Shown: positions 23,249 to 33,878 of the stretch, piece after piece
How the letters are laid out: the number at the start of each line of letters is the position of its first letter
Numbering within the stretch: position 1 is the first letter of the stretch
From: Planctomycetota bacterium
Lineage (GTDB): Bacteria; Planctomycetota; PLA2; JAEUHO01
NCBI GenBank assembly: GCA_965223505.1
Contig: CBDCWP010000010.1
Location: forward strand, 128,001 to 192,000
Reading direction: 5' to 3'
Length of the DNA: 64,000 nucleotides
Position numbers and translations under genes: made by a program
The notes under the pieces: generated by a model
The model's database searches: none
The model's input: the letters and a program-made list of their open reading frames with translations, nothing else
What the model was told of the DNA's origin: nothing

Positions 23249-24493
23249 ATGAGCGACCGGCTCGGCGTTGGGATCATCGGTGCGGGCTTCGTGGGCCGCT
23301 TCCACATCCAGTCGTGGGAGAGCGTTCGGCACGCCGACATCCGCGCTGTCTGCAGCCGAACGCTGGACAAGGCCGAGAGCGGCGCGCAGCTGGCGCGCGA
23401 CCTCGGCGTGGGCGACGCGAAGGCGTTCGACGACGTCGAGGCGATGGTGCGGGATCCGAACGTCGACGCCGTTTGGATCTGCGTGCCCAACTTCGCGCGG
23501 TTGCCGGTGATGAAGGCGATCGCCGCGGTCGGGAAGGGCAACCTGCGCGGCGTGGCCTGTGAGAAGCCGCTCGGCCGCGACGTCTCCGAGGCGCGGCGCA
23601 TGCTCGAGCTCGCCGAGGAAGCGGGCCTCTCGCACGGCTATCTCGAGAACCAGTGCTTCATGCCGACGATCGTACGCGGCAAGGAGCTGCTGTGGCGTCG
23701 CGGGGCGCGCGCGACCGGCCGGCCCTATCTGGCGCGTTGCGCCGAAGAGCACGGCGGGCCGCACGAACCCTGGTTCTGGCGCGGCAACGAGCAGGGCGGC
23801 GGCGTGCTCAACGACATGATGTGCCACAGCCTCGAGGCGGCGCGCTTCCTCTTGCAGGATCCCGACAAGCCGCGATCGAGCCTTCAGCCGAAGACGGTGT
23901 CCTGCGACATCGCCTCCATCAAGTGGAGCCGCGACACGTACATCCGCAAGCTCAAGGAAGAGATGGGCGTCGACTACTCCGAGAAGCAGTCGGAGGACTT
24001 CGCCCGGGCGACGGTGGTCTGGCAATCCGATGAAGGCCACCCCGCCATCACGGAGGCGACGACGTCGTGGAGCTACGTCGGGCCCGGGCTGCGACTCTCC
24101 GTCGAGGTGATGGGCCCCGAGTACTCGATGCAAGGCACATCGCTCAACAATCACCTCAACGTCTTCTTCAGTCGCGAGGTCAAGGGCGACGTCGGCGAGG
24201 ACATCGTCGAGAAGCAGACGGCCGAGCAGGGGTTGATGCCGGTCGTGACGGACGAGGCGACCGAGTACGGCTACACCGGCGAGAACCGGCACATGGTCGA
24301 TTGCTTTCGCAACGGCACGGCGCCCTCGCTGACCTTCGCGGACGGCCTGGAGGTGACGAAGCTGCTGATGGCCTGCTACATGTCGGCCGAGCGCGGGGAA
24401 CGACTCGCGTGGGAGCCGGACGGACTCGAGGACTTCCTCCCCGCGGTGGCGCGCGGCGCGTTCAGCGCCGAAGACGCTTTCGAGGGCAAGTAG
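23249..24493 (+). CDS. Gfo/Idh/MocA-family NAD(P)-dependent oxidoreductase
   Basis: GIIGAGFVG, CEKP, GGGVLNDMMCH. Confidence 0.92.
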   Translation: MSDRLGVGIIGAGFVGRFHIQSWESVRHADIRAVCSRTLDKAESGAQLARDLGVGDAKAFDDVEAMVRDPNVDAVWICVPNFARLPVMKAIAAVGKGNLRGVACEKPLGRDVSEARRMLELAEEAGLSHGYLENQCFMPTIVRGKELLWRRGARATGRPYLARCAEEHGGPHEPWFWRGNEQGGGVLNDMMCHSLEAARFLLQDPDKPRSSLQPKTVSCDIASIKWSRDTYIRKLKEEMGVDYSEKQSEDFARATVVWQSDEGHPAITEATTSWSYVGPGLRLSVEVMGPEYSMQGTSLNNHLNVFFSREVKGDVGEDIVEKQTAEQGLMPVVTDEATEYGYTGENRHMVDCFRNGTAPSLTFADGLEVTKLLMACYMSAERGERLAWEPDGLEDFLPAVARGAFSAEDAFEGK

Positions 24494-25771
24494 ATGAACG
24501 CGACGCCGCCGCTCTCGTTCGGATTGAACAGCCGCCTCTCGTTGATGATGCTGCTGCAGTACGCCATCTGGGGCGCGTGGCTGCCGCTGTTCGTTCCGTA
24601 TCTTGCGAACCACCACGGGCTGGGCGGCGCGGAGATCGGGAACCTGTTCGCGATCGGCGCCGTGGGGGCGTTGCTGGCGCCGTTCATCGCGGGGCAGATC
24701 GCCGACCGCTGGTTCAACACGGAGACGTTTCTCGGCATCAGCCACATCCTGGGCGCCGTGCTGGTGTGGCAGCTCGCCACCGTCGAGACGTACGACGGTC
24801 TGCTCTGGTTCTCGCTGGCCTATTCGCTGATCTACGCGCCGACGATTCCGCTCACCAACTCGCTCTCGTTCCACCACCTGCCCGATCGCGACCGCGACTT
24901 TGGCAAGGTCCGCGTTTGGGGCACCGTCGGCTGGATCATCGTCGGCATCGGCGTCGGGCAGTGGCTGCTGCACCGGCACACCCCCGCGGGCGCCACGGAC
25001 GACGTCGTCAAGGCGGCGCAGGCGGCCGGGATCGCGGACGCGTTTCGTCTGAGCGCCATCTTGGGCGCGATCCTGGGCGTCTTCTGCTTCACGCTGCCGA
25101 AGACGCCGCCGCTGAAGGGCAAGGAGAAGTTCGCTCCGAAGGAGGCGTTCGCCGAGATCGTGTCGCGTCCGCGAACGAATCCCTTGTTCTGGCTCTTCCT
25201 CCTGGCGTTTCCGATCTCCTGCGTGCACCAGTTCTACTTCTTCCACACGGCGAACTACCTGACCAGCCTCGCGCTCGACTCCGAGCTCATTCAGAACGTG
25301 TTCGGCGTGGGCGGCGGCGGTCTGATGACCATCGGTCAGATGGCGGAGATCGTGGTGCTGGCCGCCATGCCGTTCGTCGCGAAACGCGTCTCTCGGCGCG
25401 CGCTGTTGCTGACCGGCGTCGCCGCGTACTGCTTGCGCTTCGCCGTCTTCGCGTACCTGCCCTACGGCTGGGCCGTCGTGCCCGCCTTGGCGCTTCACGG
25501 CCTGTGCTTCGGGTGTTTCTTCTTCGTCGCGTTCATGATCGTCGACGAAAACACGACGAGCGACGTGCGTGCCAGCGCGCAGAGTTCTTTCAACTTCATC
25601 GTCATCGGGGTCGGCATCATCGTCGGCAACCTCTTCGCGGGCATGGTCGACGAGCTGGCCGCGGGGGACTACCGCGTGCTGTTCGGCGTCCCGATGTGGG
25701 TGTCGCTGGGCGTGCTGGTCCTGTTGTTTGCGTTCTATCCTCGGAAAACCCGGGACAAGGCATCCGAATAG
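24494..25771 (+). CDS. MFS transporter, nucleoside:H+ symporter (NupG/XapB-like) family
   Basis: RLSLMMLLQYAIWGAW, GQIADRWF, FGKVRVWGTVGWI, TIGQMAEI, RASAQ. Confidence 0.88.
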   Translation: MNATPPLSFGLNSRLSLMMLLQYAIWGAWLPLFVPYLANHHGLGGAEIGNLFAIGAVGALLAPFIAGQIADRWFNTETFLGISHILGAVLVWQLATVETYDGLLWFSLAYSLIYAPTIPLTNSLSFHHLPDRDRDFGKVRVWGTVGWIIVGIGVGQWLLHRHTPAGATDDVVKAAQAAGIADAFRLSAILGAILGVFCFTLPKTPPLKGKEKFAPKEAFAEIVSRPRTNPLFWLFLLAFPISCVHQFYFFHTANYLTSLALDSELIQNVFGVGGGGLMTIGQMAEIVVLAAMPFVAKRVSRRALLLTGVAAYCLRFAVFAYLPYGWAVVPALALHGLCFGCFFFVAFMIVDENTTSDVRASAQSSFNFIVIGVGIIVGNLFAGMVDELAAGDYRVLFGVPMWVSLGVLVLLFAFYPRKTRDKASE

Positions 25772-25809
25772 GCGGTGGTGTCCTCGAAGAACGCAGGTAG
25801 AACGCTTCG

Positions 25810-26760
25810 ATGCCCGCGTCCGCCTACACGTTTTCGGAGGACCCGCAGCTTCATCCGCTGCGGCGGCGCGAAATTCTCTCCCGGCACCCGGAAGCGAAGG
25901 ATCTGACCGGGCCGTATCGACCGACGGCGTTCATCATCCTCGGGCTCGTCGGGGCCCAGCTGGCGTTGAGCTACTTCGTTCGCGACGTTCCGATCTGGTT
26001 GAATCTGGTGGGCGCCTACGTGGTCGGCGCCGTGATGAGCCACGCGCTCTACGTGATGATCCACGAAGCGACGCACAATCTGGTGTTGAAGAAGTCCTGG
26101 GGCAACAAGCTCATGGGCATCGCCGCCAATCTGCCGACCGTCGTGCCGAGCGCAATTCCGTTCCGGAAGTACCACCTGCTGCACCACGCCAAGATGGGGG
26201 AGCCGGATCACGACGCGGACCTTCCTTCGGCCGCGGAGGGTCGCTGGGTGGGCAACTCGACGCTACGCAAAGCGATCTGGATGCTCTTCTTCTCGATCGC
26301 GCAGTCGTTTCGGCCGGCGCAGATCCGCGGCGCGAAGCTGATCGACGGCTGGACGGTCGCCAATCTCGTCGCCGTCCTCGCGGTGGACGCCGCGGTCTGG
26401 ATCTTCTTTGGTCCCACGGCGTTGCTGTATCTGACGGCGTCGACGCTGTTCGGGCTGGGGCTGCACCCGCTCGGGGGCCGCTGGATCCAGGAGCACTTCG
26501 TCACGCACCCCGGCCAGGAGACCTACTCCTACTACGGCGCCGCGAACTGGATCGCGTTCAACGTCGGCTACCACAACGAGCACCACGACATGCTGAACGT
26601 GGCCTGGAACCGGTTGCCCGCGCTGCGTCGCACGGCGCCCGAGCTCTACGACGATCTCGTCTCGTATCGTTCGTGGACGGCGGTCTTGCTGCGGTTCATC
26701 TTCGACCGCAACCTGTCACCGCATTCGCGCGTCGTTCGGGCGGGCAAAGCGAGCCTCTGA
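25810..26760 (+). CDS. Fatty acid desaturase, sphingolipid delta-4 desaturase (DEGS/DES1)-like
   Basis: N-terminal HPLRRREILSRHPE, His boxes HEATH, HLLHH, HNEHH; GLHPLGGRWIQEH, QETYSYYG, FNVGYHNEHHD. Confidence 0.88.
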   Translation: MPASAYTFSEDPQLHPLRRREILSRHPEAKDLTGPYRPTAFIILGLVGAQLALSYFVRDVPIWLNLVGAYVVGAVMSHALYVMIHEATHNLVLKKSWGNKLMGIAANLPTVVPSAIPFRKYHLLHHAKMGEPDHDADLPSAAEGRWVGNSTLRKAIWMLFFSIAQSFRPAQIRGAKLIDGWTVANLVAVLAVDAAVWIFFGPTALLYLTASTLFGLGLHPLGGRWIQEHFVTHPGQETYSYYGAANWIAFNVGYHNEHHDMLNVAWNRLPALRRTAPELYDDLVSYRSWTAVLLRFIFDRNLSPHSRVVRAGKASL

Positions 26761-27060
26761 CCGGGGTAGGGGAGAGGGCATGCGAGTCGTGGCGCGTGCC
26801 GCTTGGTGGTTGCTCGAGCTGCCGTTCTTCGTCCTGTACTGCACGTCCTGGGGATGGGCGCACGCGCACCCGCCCGGCGGCCTCGCCGAGATCTGACGCG
26901 TCTTCTATCCGCGTCGCAAGACGCAGCCGATGTGGAGCGAGGTCTTCGCGTAGCCGCCGCGCCGGCACGACGGCCATGAGCGGCGCCCCGGGGCTGTTGA
27001 CGCGTCGCGGAAGTGCGTTGTAGCCTCTCGGCCCTCGACCCATAGGAGGAGGGCTTTCGC

Positions 27061-27582
27061 ATGCAGCAACACGGAAGATACGGACTCGCGATTCTGGGGC
27101 TCGCCGTTTTTGCACTCTTGCTCGTGCCCGAAGTCACGCAGGCCCGCACCCGCACCGGAACGGACCTGGGCGCGCGAGTGGCGGCCCTGGAGGAACAGCA
27201 GGCGACCAACGCGGAGGACATCGCCGCCAACGCGGCTGACCTCCTCGCGCACATGAGCAGCGGCGATCACGACGACCGCTACGTACGAGACAGTGGCGAG
27301 GATCTACGCCTGATCCGCGGGGGACTGGCGCCGGACGCTACGATCGTGTTCGGCGACGGGTTCACCGCGAGCAATCCCGAGACCGGCGTGTACGTGATCA
27401 CGTTCGACGAGGCGTTTTCGGACGAACCCGCAGCCGTCGCGACCATCTTCAATGACGAGGAGGGCGGCTTCACCGTCGTCAGGGTCGACGACGAGGTCGA
27501 CCAGGTGACGTTCAATACGTACGACGCCTCGAACGCCGCGGCCGACGTCGACATCGATTTCGTCATCGTGGGCCCGCAATAG
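27061..27582 (+). CDS. Secreted hypothetical protein with coiled coil and fibre-tip-like C-terminus
   Basis: GGAGGAGG RBS, signal peptide, LGARVAALEEQQ coil, HDDRY, GVYVITFDEAFSDEP. Confidence 0.7.
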   Translation: MQQHGRYGLAILGLAVFALLLVPEVTQARTRTGTDLGARVAALEEQQATNAEDIAANAADLLAHMSSGDHDDRYVRDSGEDLRLIRGGLAPDATIVFGDGFTASNPETGVYVITFDEAFSDEPAAVATIFNDEEGGFTVVRVDDEVDQVTFNTYDASNAAADVDIDFVIVGPQ

Positions 27583-27672
27583 CAGCCGAGACACGCACCG
27601 GCGTCCGTCGGAAGGCCGGTGCGTCACGTATCGCTGGGATCGCTCGCGCACCGCGTCGTGCGCCGCGGCCGC

Positions 27673-28353
27673 CTACCAGACGCCCGGGATGATCCGGAAA
27701 CGTACGCGGGCGGCGTACGCGGCGTAGCCGTCGAGCTCGCTGCGCAGCGTCCGGTCTTCGAGCGCCGCCCGTAGGAAGACCCACATCACGACCACGGCGG
27801 CCCCCGGCAGCGCCCACAGGCTGCGCAAGACCAGCGGGATGCCGAGCGTGAGCACGAGGAACCCGACGTAGCCGGGATGACGAACGTACCCGTACGGGCC
27901 CGTGTCGATCACGCGATGACCGCGGTCCGTCTGGATGCGGACCGTCGACTCGAAGTGCGGGTTGACCAGCATGGCCCAGAGCAAGAAGGCATAGCCGGCG
28001 GCGTACAGGCCGATGCCGACGTACACCCACGACGCGTGAAGCCGAGGCCAGCCGAACCGAACGCCGAATGACGGCACGACGACCAAGCCGACGAAGATCA
28101 GCTTCAACGCACCCATCAAGTAGAGGTCCCAGCGCTTCGTGCCCTTGCCGATGCGTGTCCTGCGGCCCACGAGCTCCGGCTGGAAGCGCGCCAGAAGCAA
28201 GGTCGTGACCAACCAGGTGAGGAAGATCAATGCGACGAAGATCCAGCCTTCGGGCCACTGCCAGGTCCCGGCCGGCCAGAACACCATGGCGAGCAGCGAG
28301 CCGAATCCGATCAGGATCAGCATCGATACGCGCAGGAGCTCGGGTCTAGTCAA
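27673..28353 (-). CDS. Isoprenylcysteine carboxyl methyltransferase (ICMT/PEMT)-family membrane protein
   Basis: VRIQTDRGHRVIDTGPYGYVRHPGY, EDRTL..ELDGY..YAARVRFRIIPGVW. Confidence 0.9.
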   Translation of the reverse strand: MTRPELLRVSMLILIGFGSLLAMVFWPAGTWQWPEGWIFVALIFLTWLVTTLLLARFQPELVGRRTRIGKGTKRWDLYLMGALKLIFVGLVVVPSFGVRFGWPRLHASWVYVGIGLYAAGYAFLLWAMLVNPHFESTVRIQTDRGHRVIDTGPYGYVRHPGYVGFLVLTLGIPLVLRSLWALPGAAVVVMWVFLRAALEDRTLRSELDGYAAYAARVRFRIIPGVW

Positions 28354-28954
28354 AGACGTCGCCCCAGAACGACTTCCAGCTCGGGCGGTCGGCCAGCCCG
28401 TCGATCAGCGCGAGCGGTGCGACGATCCAGATGAAGGGCAGTACGAGGCCCATCACGAAGTCCGTGTGCGAGTCGGCGCAGAACAGGATCACGTAGGCGA
28501 GCCAGCCGACGAGCAGCACGATGTGGAACGTTGCGGCGGTCTTGCGCCCGCCTTCCGCGGACAAGAGGCGAACGACGACCGTCGCGTGCATGAGCCATGC
28601 GATGCCCATGATCGACAGCACGACGATCTCGAACGCGTTGAGCGTGATCGGGATCTCCGGGCCGATGCTGAACACGGCGAGATCGTCGTCGGGCAGGTGC
28701 CGGCGCGCGGAGTGCAGCATGATCAGCGCGAAGACGAGCGCGATGGTGAGTGTCACGATCAACGTACGGCGCGCCGAGAGTCGCTTCGAGCGCTCCCAGG
28801 CGAGGTGGTTCTCGGGCTTCGGCTCCGGCTTGGGCCTGGAACGTTCCCTCCGGCGGGGCGTGGGCGGCTGCGACACGTCGACGAACTCGCGAACGTCGTC
28901 GGCGTGCCGCTCGCCACTGTCGGTGTTTTCGTCGGGGATCAAGGGATCGCTCAA
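28346..28954 (-). CDS. Hypothetical membrane protein (start uncertain)
   Basis: Charged N-terminus then four hydrophobic segments; stop overlaps next gene start. Confidence 0.55.
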   Translation of the reverse strand: MSDPLIPDENTDSGERHADDVREFVDVSQPPTPRRRERSRPKPEPKPENHLAWERSKRLSARRTLIVTLTIALVFALIMLHSARRHLPDDDLAVFSIGPEIPITLNAFEIVVLSIMGIAWLMHATVVVRLLSAEGGRKTAATFHIVLLVGWLAYVILFCADSHTDFVMGLVLPFIWIVAPLALIDGLADRPSWKSFWGDVFD

Positions 28955-29092
28955 GAGTGTCGTCGTTCGCTCCCAGCCGATGAAAATGTAGCTTGGATCA
29001 GGACGGTCGACACGAACCGGGCCGCGGAGAGCGCGGGCCGCAGGACCCGCCCTTGCGCGAAGATCCACCGATCTTGCGCAGGACGCGCGACG

Positions 29093-29434
29093 TCACGAGG
29101 CGTCCGGATCGACGGGGACGCGAATGGAGCGAATCCACCATCGGCCGACGCGCCGTCGGCCGTCCCGCCGGCCGATTAGGCGAATGATCGCCCCGCACTT
29201 CGTGCGCACCTCGAAACCGTGGCGGCGCACGTACTGATCGACGCCCGGCGCGTCACCGGAGCTGACCTCGCGCCAGGAGCGCCGGAGCGTCTCGACCTCG
29301 TAGCGGGTGCCGCGCCAGTGGAACACGTGCGGAAACCCGGGCTCGCCGCGACTCATGGCGGCGGTGTCCCAGGTGCCCGGCTCGGGCTCGATGCGCTCCA
29401 TGACGGAACGGAATGTCTCGTCGTCTGCGGCCAT
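29093..29434 (-). CDS. Small cytoplasmic protein, DUF6504-like
   Basis: GEPGFPHVFHWRGTRYEV....SWRE, YVRRHGFEVRT, RWW pattern. Confidence 0.65.
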   Translation of the reverse strand: MAADDETFRSVMERIEPEPGTWDTAAMSRGEPGFPHVFHWRGTRYEVETLRRSWREVSSGDAPGVDQYVRRHGFEVRTKCGAIIRLIGRRDGRRRVGRWWIRSIRVPVDPDAS

Positions 29435-29477
29435 CCGCTTCCGATCGTACGCGGCCCCGTATGCTCTGCGCTCGAAG

Positions 29478-31280
<1,803 letters not shown>

Positions 31281-31339
31281 ATCCGACCGGGCGTGAACCG
31301 CGCCGCCCCGATTCCGTCCAAAGGCGTATGGAGGTCCTC

Positions 31340-32965
31340 ATGCGTCGCCATCTCGCCCTCGTTTGCGTTCTGCTCCTCGGCGCCTGCGGGGAGCCTCCCC
31401 GGGAGGAACGCCACGAAGAAGCGCGGGCCTACGACCAGGTCGAGGTGCCGGAGGCCACGAGCCTATCGGGGCGCGCGATCGAGCGGCGCGAGGACGGCCC
31501 CTGGACGGTGCGCCGGGCGGCGGCCCCCGGACCGGCAAACGGAGCCGAGGAGAAGGCGCGCTTCTCCGGGGCGATGGGTGGCCCGCCCTCCGGGCCGGCC
31601 GGATCGGTCGAGGCGCCGGTGATGAAGGACGAGGAGATCGACGATCACGTCGAGACCGACCACGATCTGCCGCTCGCGGAAGGCGACCCGGAGGACGCGT
31701 CGGAGGCCGGCCTGTCCGACGCCCCGTTCGAGGGGCCGAGCAGCACGGGCGTGGTGGGCGTCGCCGGTGGCGGGGGCGCGCCCCGGCCGAGAGCGCCCGC
31801 GAGGACCGAACGCATGCGTGGACGCCTCGGCAGCGCCGGCACCCCGCTGAAGGCCGGCACCACCGATGACAACGAGCAGTTCGACGCCTTTCTCGAGTTT
31901 CTCGCGACGTGGTCCGACCGGGACGGCGTTGCCGATCGTTACGATCCGATCGACGTGCGCGACCGTCGCTATGTGCGCGTCGTCGACGGCAAGGGCGACA
32001 TCGTGCCCGCCGCGCGCGTCTACATCGTCGACGAAGCGCGGGACGCCGTCGTCCTCAGCGCGACGACGTACGGCGACGGCCGTGTTCCGTTCTACCCGCG
32101 GGCTCACGCCGCGAGCCTCGCGCCAACGCCCGAACCTGCGCCCGCAAACGGCTACCTCGTCGAGGTTCGCAAGGGCGACGCCCGCAAGCGCATGCGCTGG
32201 AACGGCGAAGACGACGAGCTGACGATCGCGCTCGATACCGAGATCGCGGCGGAAACCGTCGTGAAGCTCGACGTCTGCTTCGTGATCGACACGACCGGGT
32301 CGATGTCGGACGAGATCGCGCGCATCAAGGCGACGCTGCTGTCCGTGACCGGCCGATTGCGCGGTCTCGCACGCGAATTCGACCTGAAGTACGGCGCCGT
32401 GCTCTATCGCGATCTCGGCGATCCGTACGTGACGATGGCGCACCCCTTCACACGCGACGTCGAGGCGTTCTCGAAGGCGCTTCAGAGCGTGCAAGCCGGC
32501 GGCGGCGGCGACACGCCCGAGAGCCTCAATCAGGGCCTGGCGGAGGGCGTCGGTCGCCTTGCCTGGCGCGAAGGCGCAGCGAAGGTGATGTTCCTCATCG
32601 CGGACGCGCCGGCGCACATGGACTACGAAGGCGACGTCAAGTACGGCACGAGCCTCCGCGCGGCGCTCGACAAGGGCATTCGCATCCACGCCGTCGCGGC
32701 GAGCGGGCTCGACGCGTTCGGGAGCCTCATGTTCCGCCAGATCGCCCAGTTCACGCGCGGCAAGTTCGTGTTCATCGAATACGGGGGCAACGTCGCCCAG
32801 AGCGGCGCGAAACACGGCGTCAAGGGCGCCAAGAAGAGCAACAACCTCGACGACATCCTCTACGAGCAAATCGAGCGCGAGCTGGCCGAGTGGGGCCGCG
32901 AGCAACGCGCGACGGGCGCCGGCGACGCTGCGGCTGCGGTCCAGAGCGAGCAAACCAGGCGCTAG
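31340..32965 (+). CDS. VWA-domain lipoprotein
   Basis: GGAGG RBS, lipobox LLGAC, MIDAS DVCFVIDTTGSM, GGGDTPE, LIADAP. Confidence 0.85.
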   Translation: MRRHLALVCVLLLGACGEPPREERHEEARAYDQVEVPEATSLSGRAIERREDGPWTVRRAAAPGPANGAEEKARFSGAMGGPPSGPAGSVEAPVMKDEEIDDHVETDHDLPLAEGDPEDASEAGLSDAPFEGPSSTGVVGVAGGGGAPRPRAPARTERMRGRLGSAGTPLKAGTTDDNEQFDAFLEFLATWSDRDGVADRYDPIDVRDRRYVRVVDGKGDIVPAARVYIVDEARDAVVLSATTYGDGRVPFYPRAHAASLAPTPEPAPANGYLVEVRKGDARKRMRWNGEDDELTIALDTEIAAETVVKLDVCFVIDTTGSMSDEIARIKATLLSVTGRLRGLAREFDLKYGAVLYRDLGDPYVTMAHPFTRDVEAFSKALQSVQAGGGGDTPESLNQGLAEGVGRLAWREGAAKVMFLIADAPAHMDYEGDVKYGTSLRAALDKGIRIHAVAASGLDAFGSLMFRQIAQFTRGKFVFIEYGGNVAQSGAKHGVKGAKKSNNLDDILYEQIERELAEWGREQRATGAGDAAAAVQSEQTRR

Positions 32966-32967
32966 AA

Positions 32968-32981
32968 GCCCCGTTCGGGGC
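32968..32981 (+). terminator. Possible weak hairpin terminator GCCCC-GTTC-GGGGC
   Basis: 5-bp GC stem 3 nt after the VWA stop, followed by CGTTTC; U tract is poor. Confidence 0.25.
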
Positions 32982-33225
32982 CGTTTCGACCTGAACGATC
33001 CGTTCAGCAATGCGTGCAACGAAGCATGCAGTCGATGCCTCGTGCAACGCCCGTCGCGCGCCCCGACCGCCGCGGCGGGTCCACCCGCACCCCTTGCGCC
33101 GCCGAAGGCCGATGGGCACAATCTCGGGCCCAGAAATTAGGCGTTTGCAGCCTGGTTCGCGGGCCGGGGGCGCGAGGGCCGGGCGCGTTCCCCGTAGGGC
33201 GTTGGATGTTCGTGGCACCGGGTGG

Positions 33226-33241
33226 GGGCACGCGATTTGCC
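33226..33241 (+). promoter_or_regulatory. Putative sigma54 (-24/-12) promoter
   Basis: GGCAC-GCGAT-TTGC (GG-N10-GC) about 55 nt upstream of the NfeD-like start. Confidence 0.6.
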
Positions 33242-33295
33242 CCTGGGAGGGCGGCAACCCGAACCCGGGTTGCGCGGGCTTTCGGAGGACCGCAC

Positions 33296-33853
33296 GTGGA
33301 GCACACGATCTATCTCGTACTCGCCGTGGGCGGATGCAGCTTGATGCTGCTGCAGATCGTCCTGCAGGTGTTCGGCCTCGTGGACGACGTCGGCGACGCC
33401 GACATCGAAGCGGCCGACATGGACGCCGATCACGGCGCCGCGGGCAACTGGTTCTTCGGCTTTCTTTCGTTCAAAGCGCTCGTCGCGTTCTGCGGCGTCT
33501 TCGGATTGACCGGACTGATCCTGATCGACACCGACATGTCGACCTGGCTCCGCATTCTCTGCGCTCTGCAAGCCGGCGTCGTCGCGATGCTCGCGGTCGC
33601 GTGGCTCATGCGCATGCTGCACAACCTGTCCAGCTCGGGCACCCTCGACATCAAGAACACGATCGGCATCGAGGGAAAGGTGTACCTGCGCATCCCGGCG
33701 GAGAAGGGCGGCGCGGGCAAGGTCACGCTCGAGGTGCAGGGCCGCAGCGTGGAGCTGCCGGCCATGACCGACGGGGAAGAGATCGCGACGGGCGCACGCG
33801 TACGCGTGACCGAAGCCCTCGGCGACGACACGGTGAAGGTCGAGCCCGCCTAG
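33296..33853 (+). CDS. NfeD-like membrane protein with C-terminal OB domain
   Basis: GGAGGA RBS plus GTG; TM helices; IGIEGKVYLRIP...GKV..VQGR..ELPAMT; precedes flotillin. Confidence 0.85.
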   Translation: MEHTIYLVLAVGGCSLMLLQIVLQVFGLVDDVGDADIEAADMDADHGAAGNWFFGFLSFKALVAFCGVFGLTGLILIDTDMSTWLRILCALQAGVVAMLAVAWLMRMLHNLSSSGTLDIKNTIGIEGKVYLRIPAEKGGAGKVTLEVQGRSVELPAMTDGEEIATGARVRVTEALGDDTVKVEPA

Positions 33854-33878
33854 AAATCAACGAACAAGGGAGTTTGTC

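Noticed and set aside
20551..23601. Long alternative-frame or antisense ORFs (also 11871-14846, 33723-36344, 44949-47360 and others)
   Set aside because: Low-complexity Arg/Ala/Pro translations overlapping recognised genes; expected in high-GC DNA with few stops.
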